DNA of 64,000 nt from a virus (IMGVR_UViG_3300002026_000017:1-64000); one strand, 5' to 3'. Shown: positions 48,682 through 59,373, counted from the stretch's first letter. Translations and numbers: made by a program. Notes: a model not told the origin generated them from the letters alone.

Positions 48682-51600
48682 TTATTTCCTAGTTAAATCA
48701 TCAACAATAACAACATTCATTTTTTTAGGGAAATCAATTCCACAAGCATCAACAACTTGTTGTAATAAACTTATTACTGTAGCTTCAAAATCTGAATTAT
48801 TTTTATTTAATTGTGTTGAAGGTTTTTTAGTATTTTCTTTTCCTTTTTGGTTTATATTTGTACCAAATGTATTATTAACAGCATTTGTAAATGGATTACC
48901 AGGTATTGTATTTGAATTACTTGATGTTGAAACATTATTAAATGTTCCTTGATTATCTTTAACCATTCCTAATAATTCTGTTAAAGATTCAACAGCTTGT
49001 TTTAAATTTTCACCATTATTTTTTTCAATAAGATTTTTAATGTTTCTTTCAAAAGCTGTAGCTTTTTCAATATCAATACTATTAATATTTTTTGCTATAC
49101 CACCAAATTGGTCTTTAATAATTTTTAAATTATTTTGAATTCTTTTCCATTTAACTTGGTCTGAAAGATTATTTGTAAATTTAGTAAAAATATCATTCAA
49201 ATTTGTTAATGTTTTTGTTTCAGCATTTTTAAGTGAATCAAAAAAATGAACTAAATTTGATATTGAATCATCAATTAAATCGTTATCCAATGTTGATAAT
49301 TTTTTGAAAACAAACATAAATGTATTTGTCATAACCATTAAAGACATAGAAAAATTACTTAATAATGCTGGATTTGATACCATTGGAATTGATGAATATG
49401 TTTTTACAGATTCAGCTAATGGTTTAAAAGCATTACCTAATTGAGATAACATTTCAATCCCTTTTAATGCTGTTGAAGATTTAAAGGGATTTGTTATTAC
49501 TTTACCACCAATAACAAATGATGCTGAATTACTACCAAGAATTACTAATGGTTCTATTAAACATTGTAACATTGAACCTAAATTTTCACCTACTTTTTTA
49601 AAATCATCACTATTTAATGTTCTAACTCCACTTAAAACTAATTTACCATCTTTTACAGTATATTCATAAAATTTCATATTGGCCATCATTTGAATAACAT
49701 TTGCTATTCCACCACCAACACTCATTAATTTTGCTAAGGCTTTTATTCCATTTTCAGATGATTTTAATTTATCTTCGTTTTTAGATAATGTATCTGACAT
49801 CATTGTTGTAAATGAATCAATAACACCTCCTAATGAATTTATTTTTTCAACATTAAATTCCGTATTAGATATTGATGATAATACTTTTGATGCTAACCAA
49901 CCAGCTGAAAATATTGGTAATAATAAAACCGCTTTTGCTGCAATTTTAACTAAATTCCAACCACCAATATTATTAATTGAATTAACTAATGTTTTTGCTC
50001 CATTACCAAAAGCAATTATTTTATCATTATTTATTATTAATCCGTTTAATTTAGATAAAACTTTTGCTCCTAAATAAGCTGAAGTAAAAATTGGTAATAA
50101 AGCTATTGCAACACCAGCTGCAAATGGAACAGTTAAAATCATTTTTGCAAATCCCCAAATTAAACTACCAACACCTAAAATAAAATTATTAATTGATTGA
50201 TTATTAAATGACATATTTGATATTGCCCAAAGTGATAAAGCTCCTAATAAACCAGCAGTTACTATTGGAATAAATAAAGATGAACCAATAGCTCCTGGTA
50301 TCGCTGGTATCGCTAATGCAGCAAAACCTATAGCTAAAATTCCTGCTGATAATATGAAATTTCCAATATTTTTATAATTAAATGACATATTTGATATTGC
50401 CCAAATTGATAATGCTATTAATATAGAACCAACAGACATACCAATCATAGATAAAACACCAACACCTATCAAAGCAGCTACTGCTGGTACTCCAGCTGCG
50501 GCAAAAATAGCTCCTAAACCAACAAGAGTCAATCCAAAAGATATAGCATCTCCTAAAGTCCAATTTATTTTTTTGAAAACATATAAAGCCCCTGAAATAA
50601 ATAATATACCTGCTCCAATACCTATCATATTTAATGTTTCGGTTCCTTTAAATAATTTTAAAATTAATCCAAGACCACCAAGAAATAATAATGTTTTTCC
50701 AAGAGCTTCCCAAGGTAATTCATTAATAGCATACATAGCTAATACCATAATACCAAACCCAAATGCAAATGAAATCATAGCATTTTTTGGTCCCATTTTA
50801 TCAAAATTAAATAATTTCATTACTAAACCTAAACCAGCTATAAATAAAATACCTTTAATTAAAATTTCGTTATCTATTTCACCAATAGCCAATATTCCAA
50901 GTGTCATTAATCCAATACCTAATGCAAACATAACCATTGAATTTTTAGGTCCTTTTTCATCAAAATTAAATAATGACATAGTTAACCCAAGTCCCATAAC
51001 AAAAACAATCATTTTAAATATACTAGGCCATTTAACTATAGTCATAACAATCATTGCAAGAGTTAAAATACCTATACCTGTTGCAAATTGAATCATTTTA
51101 TTATTTGTTGCATTTCCTGAACCAATAAAATTTAAAGCTAATCCAAGACCCCCTATAAAAACAATCATTTTAGCTACTGATTCCCAATCAACAAATTTAA
51201 TTGCTAACATTGTTATTGTAAAAATACCAATACCTAATGCAAACATTATCATGGGATTATTTTTAATACTATCTGTTTTTGTTGAATTACCACCTAACAT
51301 AGAAAAACCTCTCAAAGCTAAATTCAAACCACCAATAAATAATAACATTTTTACTCCAGATTCCCAAGATACAAATTGCATAGCAATCATTGCAACTGTT
51401 AAAGCTAATATAGAATATCCAAGTTTATCAATATTGTTATTTTTTATTGATTTATCATCAGAAAATTTTGTTATCATATTTAACATTAAACCAATAGCAC
51501 CAATAGCTAATAAAAATACTGGGTTTATTACCAAAAATGTTAATAAAGAAAAAGCAAGTGTTAATCCTGATAAAGCAAGTGCTGGTTTCCATAAAGTTTT

Positions 51601-52287
51601 ACCTAATTTTGAAATAATATCTGAAAAATTAGTTATATTAGTTTCAAAAGCATGTGATTTACTTTCAGGAACATCTATTAATTTTAAATATGCTTCACCA
51701 AATTTATTTAATTTTTGTATTAATTTATCTGTTAAATTTTTCTTAATAGATATTAATGATGTGGCTAAATCTGTTATTGTTTTAAAAACACTTGAAATTG
51801 CTTTTCCACCTTTTTCAACATCTTCTTTTGATTCGGTATTTTTTGATTCAGTATTATTTTTAGGTTTTTTTATTAGAAAATCTAAGATTTTTGTTGATTT
51901 TTCAGAAATATTTTTTAAAAAATCATTATCTTTAGATGTTGAAACATTATTAATTTGTGGTGGTTGAACAATAATATTTGTTGGTCTTTCAATTAAAGGA
52001 TTATTATTTAAACTTAATTTATTAATTGATTCATAAATATCTTGTAATTGGAAATTTGTTAATTTTGTTTGAAATATTAAATCTTTAATACTTTCGTATT
52101 TTTTTGATGAATACATTAATACTTTCATTAATGGTACTTCAACAGAATCATAAATTGAATTAATTTTCCATGAAATTAAATTTAAAATATCAATGCTTTC
52201 TTTATTATCTTCAGAAATTTTAGATAATAAAGAAACCATTGATGATAAACCTATTTCGACCTGATTAGGTGCTGGTACTGATTGCAT
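48682..52287 (-). CDS. Probable tape measure protein
   Basis: 1201 aa, helical, ~50-aa hydrophobic Gly/Trp repeats; downstream of a tail-chaperone-like pair. Confidence 0.7.
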   Translation of the reverse strand: MQSVPAPNQVEIGLSSMVSLLSKISEDNKESIDILNLISWKINSIYDSVEVPLMKVLMYSSKKYESIKDLIFQTKLTNFQLQDIYESINKLSLNNNPLIERPTNIIVQPPQINNVSTSKDNDFLKNISEKSTKILDFLIKKPKNNTESKNTESKEDVEKGGKAISSVFKTITDLATSLISIKKNLTDKLIQKLNKFGEAYLKLIDVPESKSHAFETNITNFSDIISKLGKTLWKPALALSGLTLAFSLLTFLVINPVFLLAIGAIGLMLNMITKFSDDKSIKNNNIDKLGYSILALTVAMIAMQFVSWESGVKMLLFIGGLNLALRGFSMLGGNSTKTDSIKNNPMIMFALGIGIFTITMLAIKFVDWESVAKMIVFIGGLGLALNFIGSGNATNNKMIQFATGIGILTLAMIVMTIVKWPSIFKMIVFVMGLGLTMSLFNFDEKGPKNSMVMFALGIGLMTLGILAIGEIDNEILIKGILFIAGLGLVMKLFNFDKMGPKNAMISFAFGFGIMVLAMYAINELPWEALGKTLLFLGGLGLILKLFKGTETLNMIGIGAGILFISGALYVFKKINWTLGDAISFGLTLVGLGAIFAAAGVPAVAALIGVGVLSMIGMSVGSILIALSIWAISNMSFNYKNIGNFILSAGILAIGFAALAIPAIPGAIGSSLFIPIVTAGLLGALSLWAISNMSFNNQSINNFILGVGSLIWGFAKMILTVPFAAGVAIALLPIFTSAYLGAKVLSKLNGLIINNDKIIAFGNGAKTLVNSINNIGGWNLVKIAAKAVLLLPIFSAGWLASKVLSSISNTEFNVEKINSLGGVIDSFTTMMSDTLSKNEDKLKSSENGIKALAKLMSVGGGIANVIQMMANMKFYEYTVKDGKLVLSGVRTLNSDDFKKVGENLGSMLQCLIEPLVILGSNSASFVIGGKVITNPFKSSTALKGIEMLSQLGNAFKPLAESVKTYSSIPMVSNPALLSNFSMSLMVMTNTFMFVFKKLSTLDNDLIDDSISNLVHFFDSLKNAETKTLTNLNDIFTKFTNNLSDQVKWKRIQNNLKIIKDQFGGIAKNINSIDIEKATAFERNIKNLIEKNNGENLKQAVESLTELLGMVKDNQGTFNNVSTSSNSNTIPGNPFTNAVNNTFGTNINQKGKENTKKPSTQLNKNNSDFEATVISLLQQVVDACGIDFPKKMNVVIVDDLTRK

Positions 52288-52297
52288 TTATTTTTAA

Positions 52298-52615
52298 TTA
52301 AATTTTGGTTACTGTTGTTCCCATTTTTTGAATCATATTATTAACAATTGTTGGTAATTCATTCAAACTATTAATAATATATTTTTTACCTTCGGAATAT
52401 ATATTCCATTCAAGTAATAAAGAATCATAAATAAGTACAAAATCTTTTGTAACAGTTCCCTTTTTACCTGTAACATATAATATAACTGAAGCAACACTAT
52501 TTGAATGTGGAGAAATTATAAATGATATTGACCTTTTACGAAAAGATGACATATTACCATATATAGCAATATATAATTTATTTATTTCTGAATTTGGTAT
52601 ATTTTCAATAATCAT
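52298..52615 (-). CDS. Hypothetical protein
   Basis: 105-aa ORF. Confidence 0.65.
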   Translation of the reverse strand: MIIENIPNSEINKLYIAIYGNMSSFRKRSISFIISPHSNSVASVILYVTGKKGTVTKDFVLIYDSLLLEWNIYSEGKKYIINSLNELPTIVNNMIQKMGTTVTKI

Positions 52616-52617
52616 TT

Positions 52618-54477
52618 TTATTTGGGATTAATTGTTAAAAATCCACTTAAAGTTTTTAATTCTTCAAAACTTTTTGATTGTAATGTTTTTACTTCTTTAT
52701 TTATTGAATACATTAAAGTAAAAATATATTGTCTTGCATTATAATTTCTATCGGTACCTTGTTTTTTAAGAATTGTTTTGTATCTTTCCTCATAAGGAAC
52801 TCTACTTTTTTCAGATATTAAATTATCTTCATAATATTTTTCAGATGTAATATAATCTTTACCATTTCGTTTATCGCCACCTATTACTTGTTCAGCTGAA
52901 TATGTTAATATAAAATAATCCAAATAATTTGTTTTACCAATTATTGTTTCTGCGGCATAAGCTGAACTAATATCTTTTTTCGTATCTAATTGAGATAATA
53001 CTTCTTTAATAAATATACCATTTTCAGGATATTCAACAATATTATCATAAATACTTACAAAAGCATTTTTTAAATTTCGATATGTTATTTTATTTATCAA
53101 ATAAACTTCTCGATTATCTTCATCTTCTGAATATACACCAAATTGTGTCCAATCAAATTCATTAAAAAATTCATTCAATTTTTCTTCAAATTTATCAAGT
53201 AATAATTTTTGAATATCTAGAAGAGAAGAAAAATTCAAACTATGTTTCCATTCATTATCAATTTTGGATTTAAACATAATTTGGTATGTTCCCTTAATTG
53301 ATGTTTCATAAATATAAACACGTAACCATTGATTTTTACCTGTTTTAGTTTCAATTAAAATTTGAGAAAATTCATCATCTCCATCATATAAAGGTTTAAT
53401 TAAATATTTTCTTGTTAATGCAAGTTTATTAATAACTAATGATAATGGATTTGCTTTTGAATTTGATTTTAATCTTGCTTGAGTAACATTAAAACCAACT
53501 ACATAATAATCGGAAATTATTTTAGCAATAAATTCAATATCACAATTAATTTCGGATATATATTTACTTCTTGATTCTTGAATAAAAACTAATAATCTTT
53601 TTGATGTATTAAAATCTAATGGAATTGATAAAATTATTGTTGTTCCTTTATTTGAAGCATAAGGACTATTTAATGGAGCACCAAAAGAATAATTTATAGG
53701 ATGTAATCTATAATCTGATTTTATTGAAGCTAATTTTTTATTCAAATTACCAATACCACGCAAATCAACTTTTCTTGATTTAACATAATTATCTGTTAAT
53801 TTCCAAACAATTTCAGTAATTTTATTTATTTCTTCATTACCAACATCACTTTTTAATGATGGTTTATGTTTACTCCAACCTTCAATAGGTTTTATTTCTG
53901 TAAAATCAAAATCTGTTATTGATAAATTCTCCATTCCAGGAGTAAATTCAGCAATATCTTGTATTTCTTCAACAGCTTTAACTAAATCAATATCAACAGG
54001 AAGAATATCATTTGTTAATTCCTCATAAGTTTCAATTAATTCCTCATTAACTTTTTCTGCATTTATTTCTGGTAATTCTTGTATTTGTAATTGTAAAACA
54101 TTTTGTTCTTTTTGTTCCTGTTGTATAATATTTTGTATTACTGGAACATTAACATTATTTTCACGAATTTTAGCTTTTTTAGATAAAACCTGTATTTTAA
54201 GTTCTGATAATGATTTAGTTTCAATAGCGGAAACTAAATCTTGATGTTTAGTTTCCTCTATTGATTTAGGAATAATGATTTGATTATTTTGTATTGGAGT
54301 TTCAGCAATTGATTGTTGATTTATTGATTCTTCACTAGTTAAAAATAAAGATTTATCAATTTTTTTAACTTTATAATTTGGAGTAATTTTTTGATTAGTA
54401 TTACTATCCAATTTATTAAAATCTAATATACCTTCATTTAAAACATTCAAATCCTTTAAATCCTTATTTTGTTCCAT
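52618..54477 (-). CDS. Hypothetical protein
   Basis: 619-aa ORF; VLNEG near N-terminus. Confidence 0.7.
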   Translation of the reverse strand: MEQNKDLKDLNVLNEGILDFNKLDSNTNQKITPNYKVKKIDKSLFLTSEESINQQSIAETPIQNNQIIIPKSIEETKHQDLVSAIETKSLSELKIQVLSKKAKIRENNVNVPVIQNIIQQEQKEQNVLQLQIQELPEINAEKVNEELIETYEELTNDILPVDIDLVKAVEEIQDIAEFTPGMENLSITDFDFTEIKPIEGWSKHKPSLKSDVGNEEINKITEIVWKLTDNYVKSRKVDLRGIGNLNKKLASIKSDYRLHPINYSFGAPLNSPYASNKGTTIILSIPLDFNTSKRLLVFIQESRSKYISEINCDIEFIAKIISDYYVVGFNVTQARLKSNSKANPLSLVINKLALTRKYLIKPLYDGDDEFSQILIETKTGKNQWLRVYIYETSIKGTYQIMFKSKIDNEWKHSLNFSSLLDIQKLLLDKFEEKLNEFFNEFDWTQFGVYSEDEDNREVYLINKITYRNLKNAFVSIYDNIVEYPENGIFIKEVLSQLDTKKDISSAYAAETIIGKTNYLDYFILTYSAEQVIGGDKRNGKDYITSEKYYEDNLISEKSRVPYEERYKTILKKQGTDRNYNARQYIFTLMYSINKEVKTLQSKSFEELKTLSGFLTINPK

Positions 54478-54483
54478 TTTATT

Positions 54484-54888
54484 TTACTTAAATTTTGGTG
54501 TTTTTATTTTCGGAGCTTTAATTGAACCCATCATATTTTTTGATTGTCCCATCATTTTTTCATGTTCTTTTTGAACATCTGTATTTGTTCCATTCCCACG
54601 ATTATTTTCATCTTCTAAATATTTATTTAATGATTTACCAAGATTTGTGAATTTCCAAAATTCCATTTTTTCAATTTGTTCAAAAGAATTAGCAGTTTTA
54701 ACACTAATCATTATACATTCATCAAAATAACTTTCAGCAGATATTATTGATTGTTTATAAATTTCTGAAATTGTTGGAAATTCAATATTTTTTTGTTTTT
54801 CTTTTAAATAAATAGGATATATTTTATTCGAATATTCCTCCGAGAGCTCCTTTATCGATAAACATATTTTTCCATCCCCCGGGAAATT
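54484..54888 (-). CDS. gp51-like / T-domain tail assembly frame (first ATG at 54711; frame open from 54888)
   Basis: SYF...SFEQIEKMEFW..L...LEDEN resembles the gp51 S..EIE.M.PW pattern; overlaps end of upstream gene. Confidence 0.55.
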   Translation of the reverse strand, partial: NFPGDGKICLSIKELSEEYSNKIYPIYLKEKQKNIEFPTISEIYKQSIISAESYFDECIMISVKTANSFEQIEKMEFWKFTNLGKSLNKYLEDENNRGNGTNTDVQKEHEKMMGQSKNMMGSIKAPKIKTPKFK

Positions 54889-55786
54889 TTATAAGAGCCT
54901 CCTCCTCAGACTCCCTGTATGTATATACTATTTTTTCGTAATTGTTTAATTTCAATTTATTAATAATAGTTATGTAGGCATTCAACAATCCATCATTTTT
55001 TTGAATTTGTTTGAATTTTTGTTTTAATGATTCAATAGTTTCATTACCATTAACATATAAATATGGAGCTACTAATAAAAATTGTTTATCAAATGAATCA
55101 ACATTTTTAATTTTATCATTATTTTCTTTTTGAACCTCTTTATATGTTTTAACCATATAACGGAAAACTCTTGCAGAAATTTCTAATGTTGGAATTAAAA
55201 ATTTTATTGGTTCTTCTTGATTTTCAACAGTAATTGTAAATGTTCTTCCATCAAAACAAGAAAGCAATTTTTCATTTAATTCAGGATATTGCAATAATTC
55301 AGCTAATAATGAAACAGTTACAGATTCATTATGTGTTTGATTCATAACAATATATTGAATTGGTTTGTCATGTAAATAAAATTCTCTCAATTTTAAAAAG
55401 AAAAATAATCTATCACCATCATTTATTTGTGAAGAAGAAATTTCTCTATTTTTGTTTGAATCAACAATAACAAAACATTTTTTGATTAAATCTTCAACAG
55501 CTGCAATAATTGCTGGTTGGTCTTCTTCATTTATTGTAGAAAAATTTGCTACCTCCATACTTGTAGGACATCTGTAACCAAATCGCCATGTTTGTGGATA
55601 TAATAAACCTTCAAAAGGAAGTTCTTCATTTTTTAAAATACGATAACCATCAATCGCTGATGGTAATTTATATTCTCCTAAATATTCTCCTTCTTTAGTT
55701 TTTTCATTGTTTGAAGGATTATTAAATAATCCTTCTTCTGTTAATCTATTTTCAAGATTTTTTAAATTATCGGTGTTATCAGCCAT
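54824..55786 (-). CDS. Baseplate hub assembly / tail chaperone protein (gp26-like)
   Basis: LPFEG..YP..YR.PT..E....T, INDGDRLFFFLKLR and PT..I pattern of gp26-type proteins. Confidence 0.65.
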   Translation of the reverse strand: MADNTDNLKNLENRLTEEGLFNNPSNNEKTKEGEYLGEYKLPSAIDGYRILKNEELPFEGLLYPQTWRFGYRCPTSMEVANFSTINEEDQPAIIAAVEDLIKKCFVIVDSNKNREISSSQINDGDRLFFFLKLREFYLHDKPIQYIVMNQTHNESVTVSLLAELLQYPELNEKLLSCFDGRTFTITVENQEEPIKFLIPTLEISARVFRYMVKTYKEVQKENNDKIKNVDSFDKQFLLVAPYLYVNGNETIESLKQKFKQIQKNDGLLNAYITIINKLKLNNYEKIVYTYRESEEEALIKFPGGWKNMFIDKGALGGIFE

Positions 55787-55795
55787 TATTTTAAT

Positions 55796-55812
55796 TATTT
55801 ATATTATTTATA
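55796..55812 (-). promoter_or_regulatory. Tandem T4-type late promoter boxes (TATAAATA x2)
   Basis: Two TATAAATA on minus strand just upstream of ATG 55786; gp55-like sigma present. Confidence 0.45.
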
Positions 55813-56175
55813 TTATTTTTGATTTGATAAAAAATCCAATATGTTTTTAGGTGTATTTCGTTGTTCCTGTTGATGATTATTTTGTGTTAAATTATTTGGT
55901 AATTCACTTAAAATATTTTTTAATTTCTTATTTCCAATAGTTTGTTCACTATTTCTTTTAAGATACATTCCCGGAGTACGATTTTCATCATAAATATTTA
56001 TACCTTTTTTATCTAAAATATTTAAAACTTCAATCGCTTGGTCTTTAAAACTTTTTATCTCTGGAATACCATATTTTTGTTTATTTTTAGTGTCACCATT
56101 AATGTTTTCACTCAAATCATCAACATTAGCAACTTTTTCAATCCCATTATCTTTATTTCGAGGTTTAAATGCCAT
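55813..56175 (-). CDS. Hypothetical protein
   Basis: 120-aa ORF. Confidence 0.65.
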   Translation of the reverse strand: MAFKPRNKDNGIEKVANVDDLSENINGDTKNKQKYGIPEIKSFKDQAIEVLNILDKKGINIYDENRTPGMYLKRNSEQTIGNKKLKNILSELPNNLTQNNHQQEQRNTPKNILDFLSNQK

Positions 56176-56188
56176 ACGAAATTATATT

Positions 56189-56491
56189 TTAAAATTCTAA
56201 ATTAATTAACACGAAATCATTTAATGCTTTTAAATTTTCTTCATCTTTAACGCATATATTTATTAAATGCGGTTTTACGAAATTATCAATTAAAAATCTT
56301 TTTCTTGTTGAAAGAAAATTTTCAATAAATTCAGCTTGTTCATCAACATCATCAAAATCTTCAAAATGTTCTCCAGCTACTTGTTCCATGAACATTTGAA
56401 TTGATGAATAATCAAAAAAATCTTGTTTTTTAAAACCAGCAATAATTACTTTTTCGTAAGCAGCTATTGATTCTTTATTTGTTGGTATCAT
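56189..56491 (-). CDS. Hypothetical protein
   Basis: 100-aa ORF. Confidence 0.65.
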   Translation of the reverse strand: MIPTNKESIAAYEKVIIAGFKKQDFFDYSSIQMFMEQVAGEHFEDFDDVDEQAEFIENFLSTRKRFLIDNFVKPHLINICVKDEENLKALNDFVLINLEF

Positions 56492-56511
56492 ATATTAACA
56501 TTTTTATTAAA

Positions 56512-57453
56512 TTAATCGGTTATTTCTATTTTATAATTATATAGAGCTAAATATGTTTTATTTGTTATTTCATTTATATATTTATCCACTAATAATTTTA
56601 TTTGTTTTTCTTTTTCTTCCTTATATTTAAGGAAAGCTTCTTCAACAGTATCAAATCTACCTAATTGAATATTTTTATTGTTAATAGATAATTGTGAAAT
56701 ATATTTGGTTATATTTTTACCTAAATAAACTGAAACGCCTATTGGATAATCTCCTCTATTAATATCATTTGCAACTAATAATGAATTTATTTCATCTGGA
56801 ACAAAACAACATGTAGCTGGACCATATATTTTATTACCTTTAAATAAAATATCTTTATCTAAATCGAAATTTTTTATTGAATTTTCATCATACCATTTAG
56901 AAAAATCTTGATAACAATGCCATCTTTCATCAATTATACAATCTTTATATGTTTTATTATTTAATTTCCAATTTTCATCATAACATCTTTGAAACATATT
57001 TCTCCAAATTTGATAAGTTTTATATCTTGCTGTATATATTCCCTTACCAAAATATCCAATATTATAAACAACTTTTTTATAACAAAAATTATCATTTAAA
57101 ACATTTCCATTTTCAATATTTTGAATCCTAACATTAGTTTTAATACTATTATCGGATAAAAATTTAACAGTACAATTATTTGGATTTTTATATTCCAATA
57201 TTTTTAAAACATCACCACAATTTTGTAAATATTCAAAATTTAATCTTTCTGATAATCTATTTTTATCTTTGAAATTTATTTTATCAAGTTTACCTCTTAC
57301 AATATTACCCCAATTAGCATTATATCTAATTGTATTATCTGATAAAAATTTAACTGTACAACTTCTTGAATTTAAATAATCAATAATCTCTATTTTTTCA
57401 CCATTTAACAATGTGAATTTTAAACCTATTCTTTCTAAAGGATTTACTTTCAT
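56512..57453 (-). mobile_element. Free-standing HNH-AP2 homing endonuclease
   Basis: WRNMFQRCY, IDERWHCYQDF, LDKDIL, YGPATCCFVP, YPIGVS..LGRFDTVEEA; duplicated N-terminal module; start refined to ATG 57453. Confidence 0.85.
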
Positions 57454-57456
57454 AAT

Positions 57457-57504
57457 ATGAAACATTTTTAGGATATAATTAGTTATTAACTAAAAATGTT
57501 TCAT
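57457..57504 (-). promoter_or_regulatory. 15-bp inverted repeat over the endonuclease translation-initiation region
   Basis: ATGAAACATTTTTAG-18 nt-CTAAAAATGTTTCAT, 3 nt before ATG 57453; TATAAATG overlaps its 5' end. Confidence 0.65.
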
Positions 57505-57528
57505 TTATAAGTTGATATAACTAATGAC

Positions 57529-58119
57529 CTAAACTTGTGTTAATCTCGGGTCATTAGTGACGTCTGTTACGTAATCGGAATTAAATGTTATTGATAATTC
57601 AATCATATCATGTGAATCAAATGCTGCGGCTTGGTCATCAATATCATTCATTGGAAATAAATTATGTCCAACCCTTCTCCAATAAATAGTTCCATCTCTA
57701 TTAAACTTTTCAACAACTATACAAGCATTTGCATAATCTTTTTTCAAAGTTTTTTCTCCTGTTAATGGATTAAATTTAACACGACTCCAAAGTAAAAGTG
57801 TATTTAATACATAAGCAACTGAATTTGAATCTAAGAAATTATGGAATTGTACTTCTACATCATAAAATGTTTCTTTTTCATTTGAATCATATCTAAATTT
57901 TGTTGTTTTGTAACCTCCTTCAATAGTGTTTCCTGATTTTTCAACAAATAAACCTGAAACAGATTTAACATATTCTGAAAGAAACCCTAAATCTCCAACA
58001 ATATCACTTAAAGTTCCCATAGAAACAAAATGTGCGTTGAAATTACTTGCAACAACTGGTTCATATTTTTGCACAGCCGCTGTTGATGCTGTTACGTGTG
58101 GAAATGCTATATTTGCCAT
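57529..58119 (-). CDS. gp19: Tail tube protein (T4 gp19-like)
   Basis: YEPV...F, NPLTG..LKKDY, NRDG, LFP..I and LSITF..DY motifs; biased codons. Confidence 0.85.
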   Translation of the reverse strand: MANIAFPHVTASTAAVQKYEPVVASNFNAHFVSMGTLSDIVGDLGFLSEYVKSVSGLFVEKSGNTIEGGYKTTKFRYDSNEKETFYDVEVQFHNFLDSNSVAYVLNTLLLWSRVKFNPLTGEKTLKKDYANACIVVEKFNRDGTIYWRRVGHNLFPMNDIDDQAAAFDSHDMIELSITFNSDYVTDVTNDPRLTQV

Positions 58120-58138
58120 GATTTAATATTTTTAAAAA

Positions 58139-59356
58139 TTAATAAACTGGTTGTTTTTTAAGTAATGAATTAGCTTTCTCTAAAGAACTAGTTAATTCAT
58201 ATGATTTAGTTATATATGTTCTTAGTATTGGTCGGATATTCATATTAAATTCTATCGAAGAAGATTTAACAAAATTTAACATATCAACTACAGATTTTAA
58301 ACCTATATTCCAAGTATTATATTTTAATTTATCATGAGAAATTATTTGTGTTAATTGAGATAAAACATTTTTACCATAAAATCTATCAAAACTATCAACA
58401 TTTTCCATATTTTCAGGCGATTTCAAATATTGTTTTTTGGTTTCTTCTTCAATTATTAAACTATTATTTATTGATGATAATATGGAAATAATCAAAGAAT
58501 TAGCTGAATCTTTATATTCATTAAAAGTTTGTCTTTTAACATATTCTAATGATGCTGAATTAGATTCAATAAATTGATTAACAATTAAAACCATATCAAA
58601 CACAACTGTTTGTAAATCAGGTATTAATTGTTTTACAGAAGATAAATTTTTATTTAATGGGTCAACATTTCCTGATAACATATCATTCAATAATGCTAAG
58701 TGGAAATCATTTGAAACAGAATACATTTTTGAATTTAATTGAATTTCCTGAATTTCAGTATCAATATAATTCATAATAGCATTATAACTATTTTGTATGT
58801 GATAAGTAACACCCCATCTTTTATTATTTTTATTAAGAATATGTTTTAATCCTTCAAACAAAATAACTGTATTTTCATTTTTTTCTGATTGTAATTCAAA
58901 AGATTCATTTATTGGATGAAAATTATTTAATTCAATTAATGGTAATTCCAATATAGGAATTAATTTACTCTTAGCTTTTACATCATTAATTATTAAAACA
59001 TTATTGATAGTATCTATTAATGAAACACTATCAATTTTTTTCTCATTATCAAGTTCATTTAAAACAGACAAAAACTTAAAAGTTTGTTTATGTTTTTCTT
59101 CCTGATTATTTGGTGTTAATACACTTTCTTTTATTAATTCAGATATTTCACTTAAAAAAGTTTGTGAAGAAATAACTATTTTTTCTAGTGTTATATTATT
59201 GAAATAATCAATTATTTCTTGGTCTGATTTACCATCTAATTTAGCTGATTCATAAAGTTTACCTATAACTGTATCATTTAATCCTGTTTTAGAACAAGCC
59301 GCATTAACGACTTGTTCTTTTCCAGAAATTATATTCATTTCACTAAAATTTTTCAT
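58139..59356 (-). CDS. Hypothetical protein
   Basis: 405-aa ORF between sheath and tube genes. Confidence 0.7.
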   Translation of the reverse strand: MKNFSEMNIISGKEQVVNAACSKTGLNDTVIGKLYESAKLDGKSDQEIIDYFNNITLEKIVISSQTFLSEISELIKESVLTPNNQEEKHKQTFKFLSVLNELDNEKKIDSVSLIDTINNVLIINDVKAKSKLIPILELPLIELNNFHPINESFELQSEKNENTVILFEGLKHILNKNNKRWGVTYHIQNSYNAIMNYIDTEIQEIQLNSKMYSVSNDFHLALLNDMLSGNVDPLNKNLSSVKQLIPDLQTVVFDMVLIVNQFIESNSASLEYVKRQTFNEYKDSANSLIISILSSINNSLIIEEETKKQYLKSPENMENVDSFDRFYGKNVLSQLTQIISHDKLKYNTWNIGLKSVVDMLNFVKSSSIEFNMNIRPILRTYITKSYELTSSLEKANSLLKKQPVY

Positions 59357-59373
59357 ATTAGTTTATTTTTTGA

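Noticed and set aside
47425-51967. Long plus-strand ORFs (47425..48036, 50573..51091, 51251..51967 and similar)
   Set aside because: Antisense to well-supported genes whose codon bias leaves the reverse frame free of stops; no promoter or motif support.
57471-57480. GGATATAATT on the plus strand as an early promoter
   Set aside because: Points away from any gene and lacks the TATAACAAA part; it is mostly the loop of the endonuclease hairpin.
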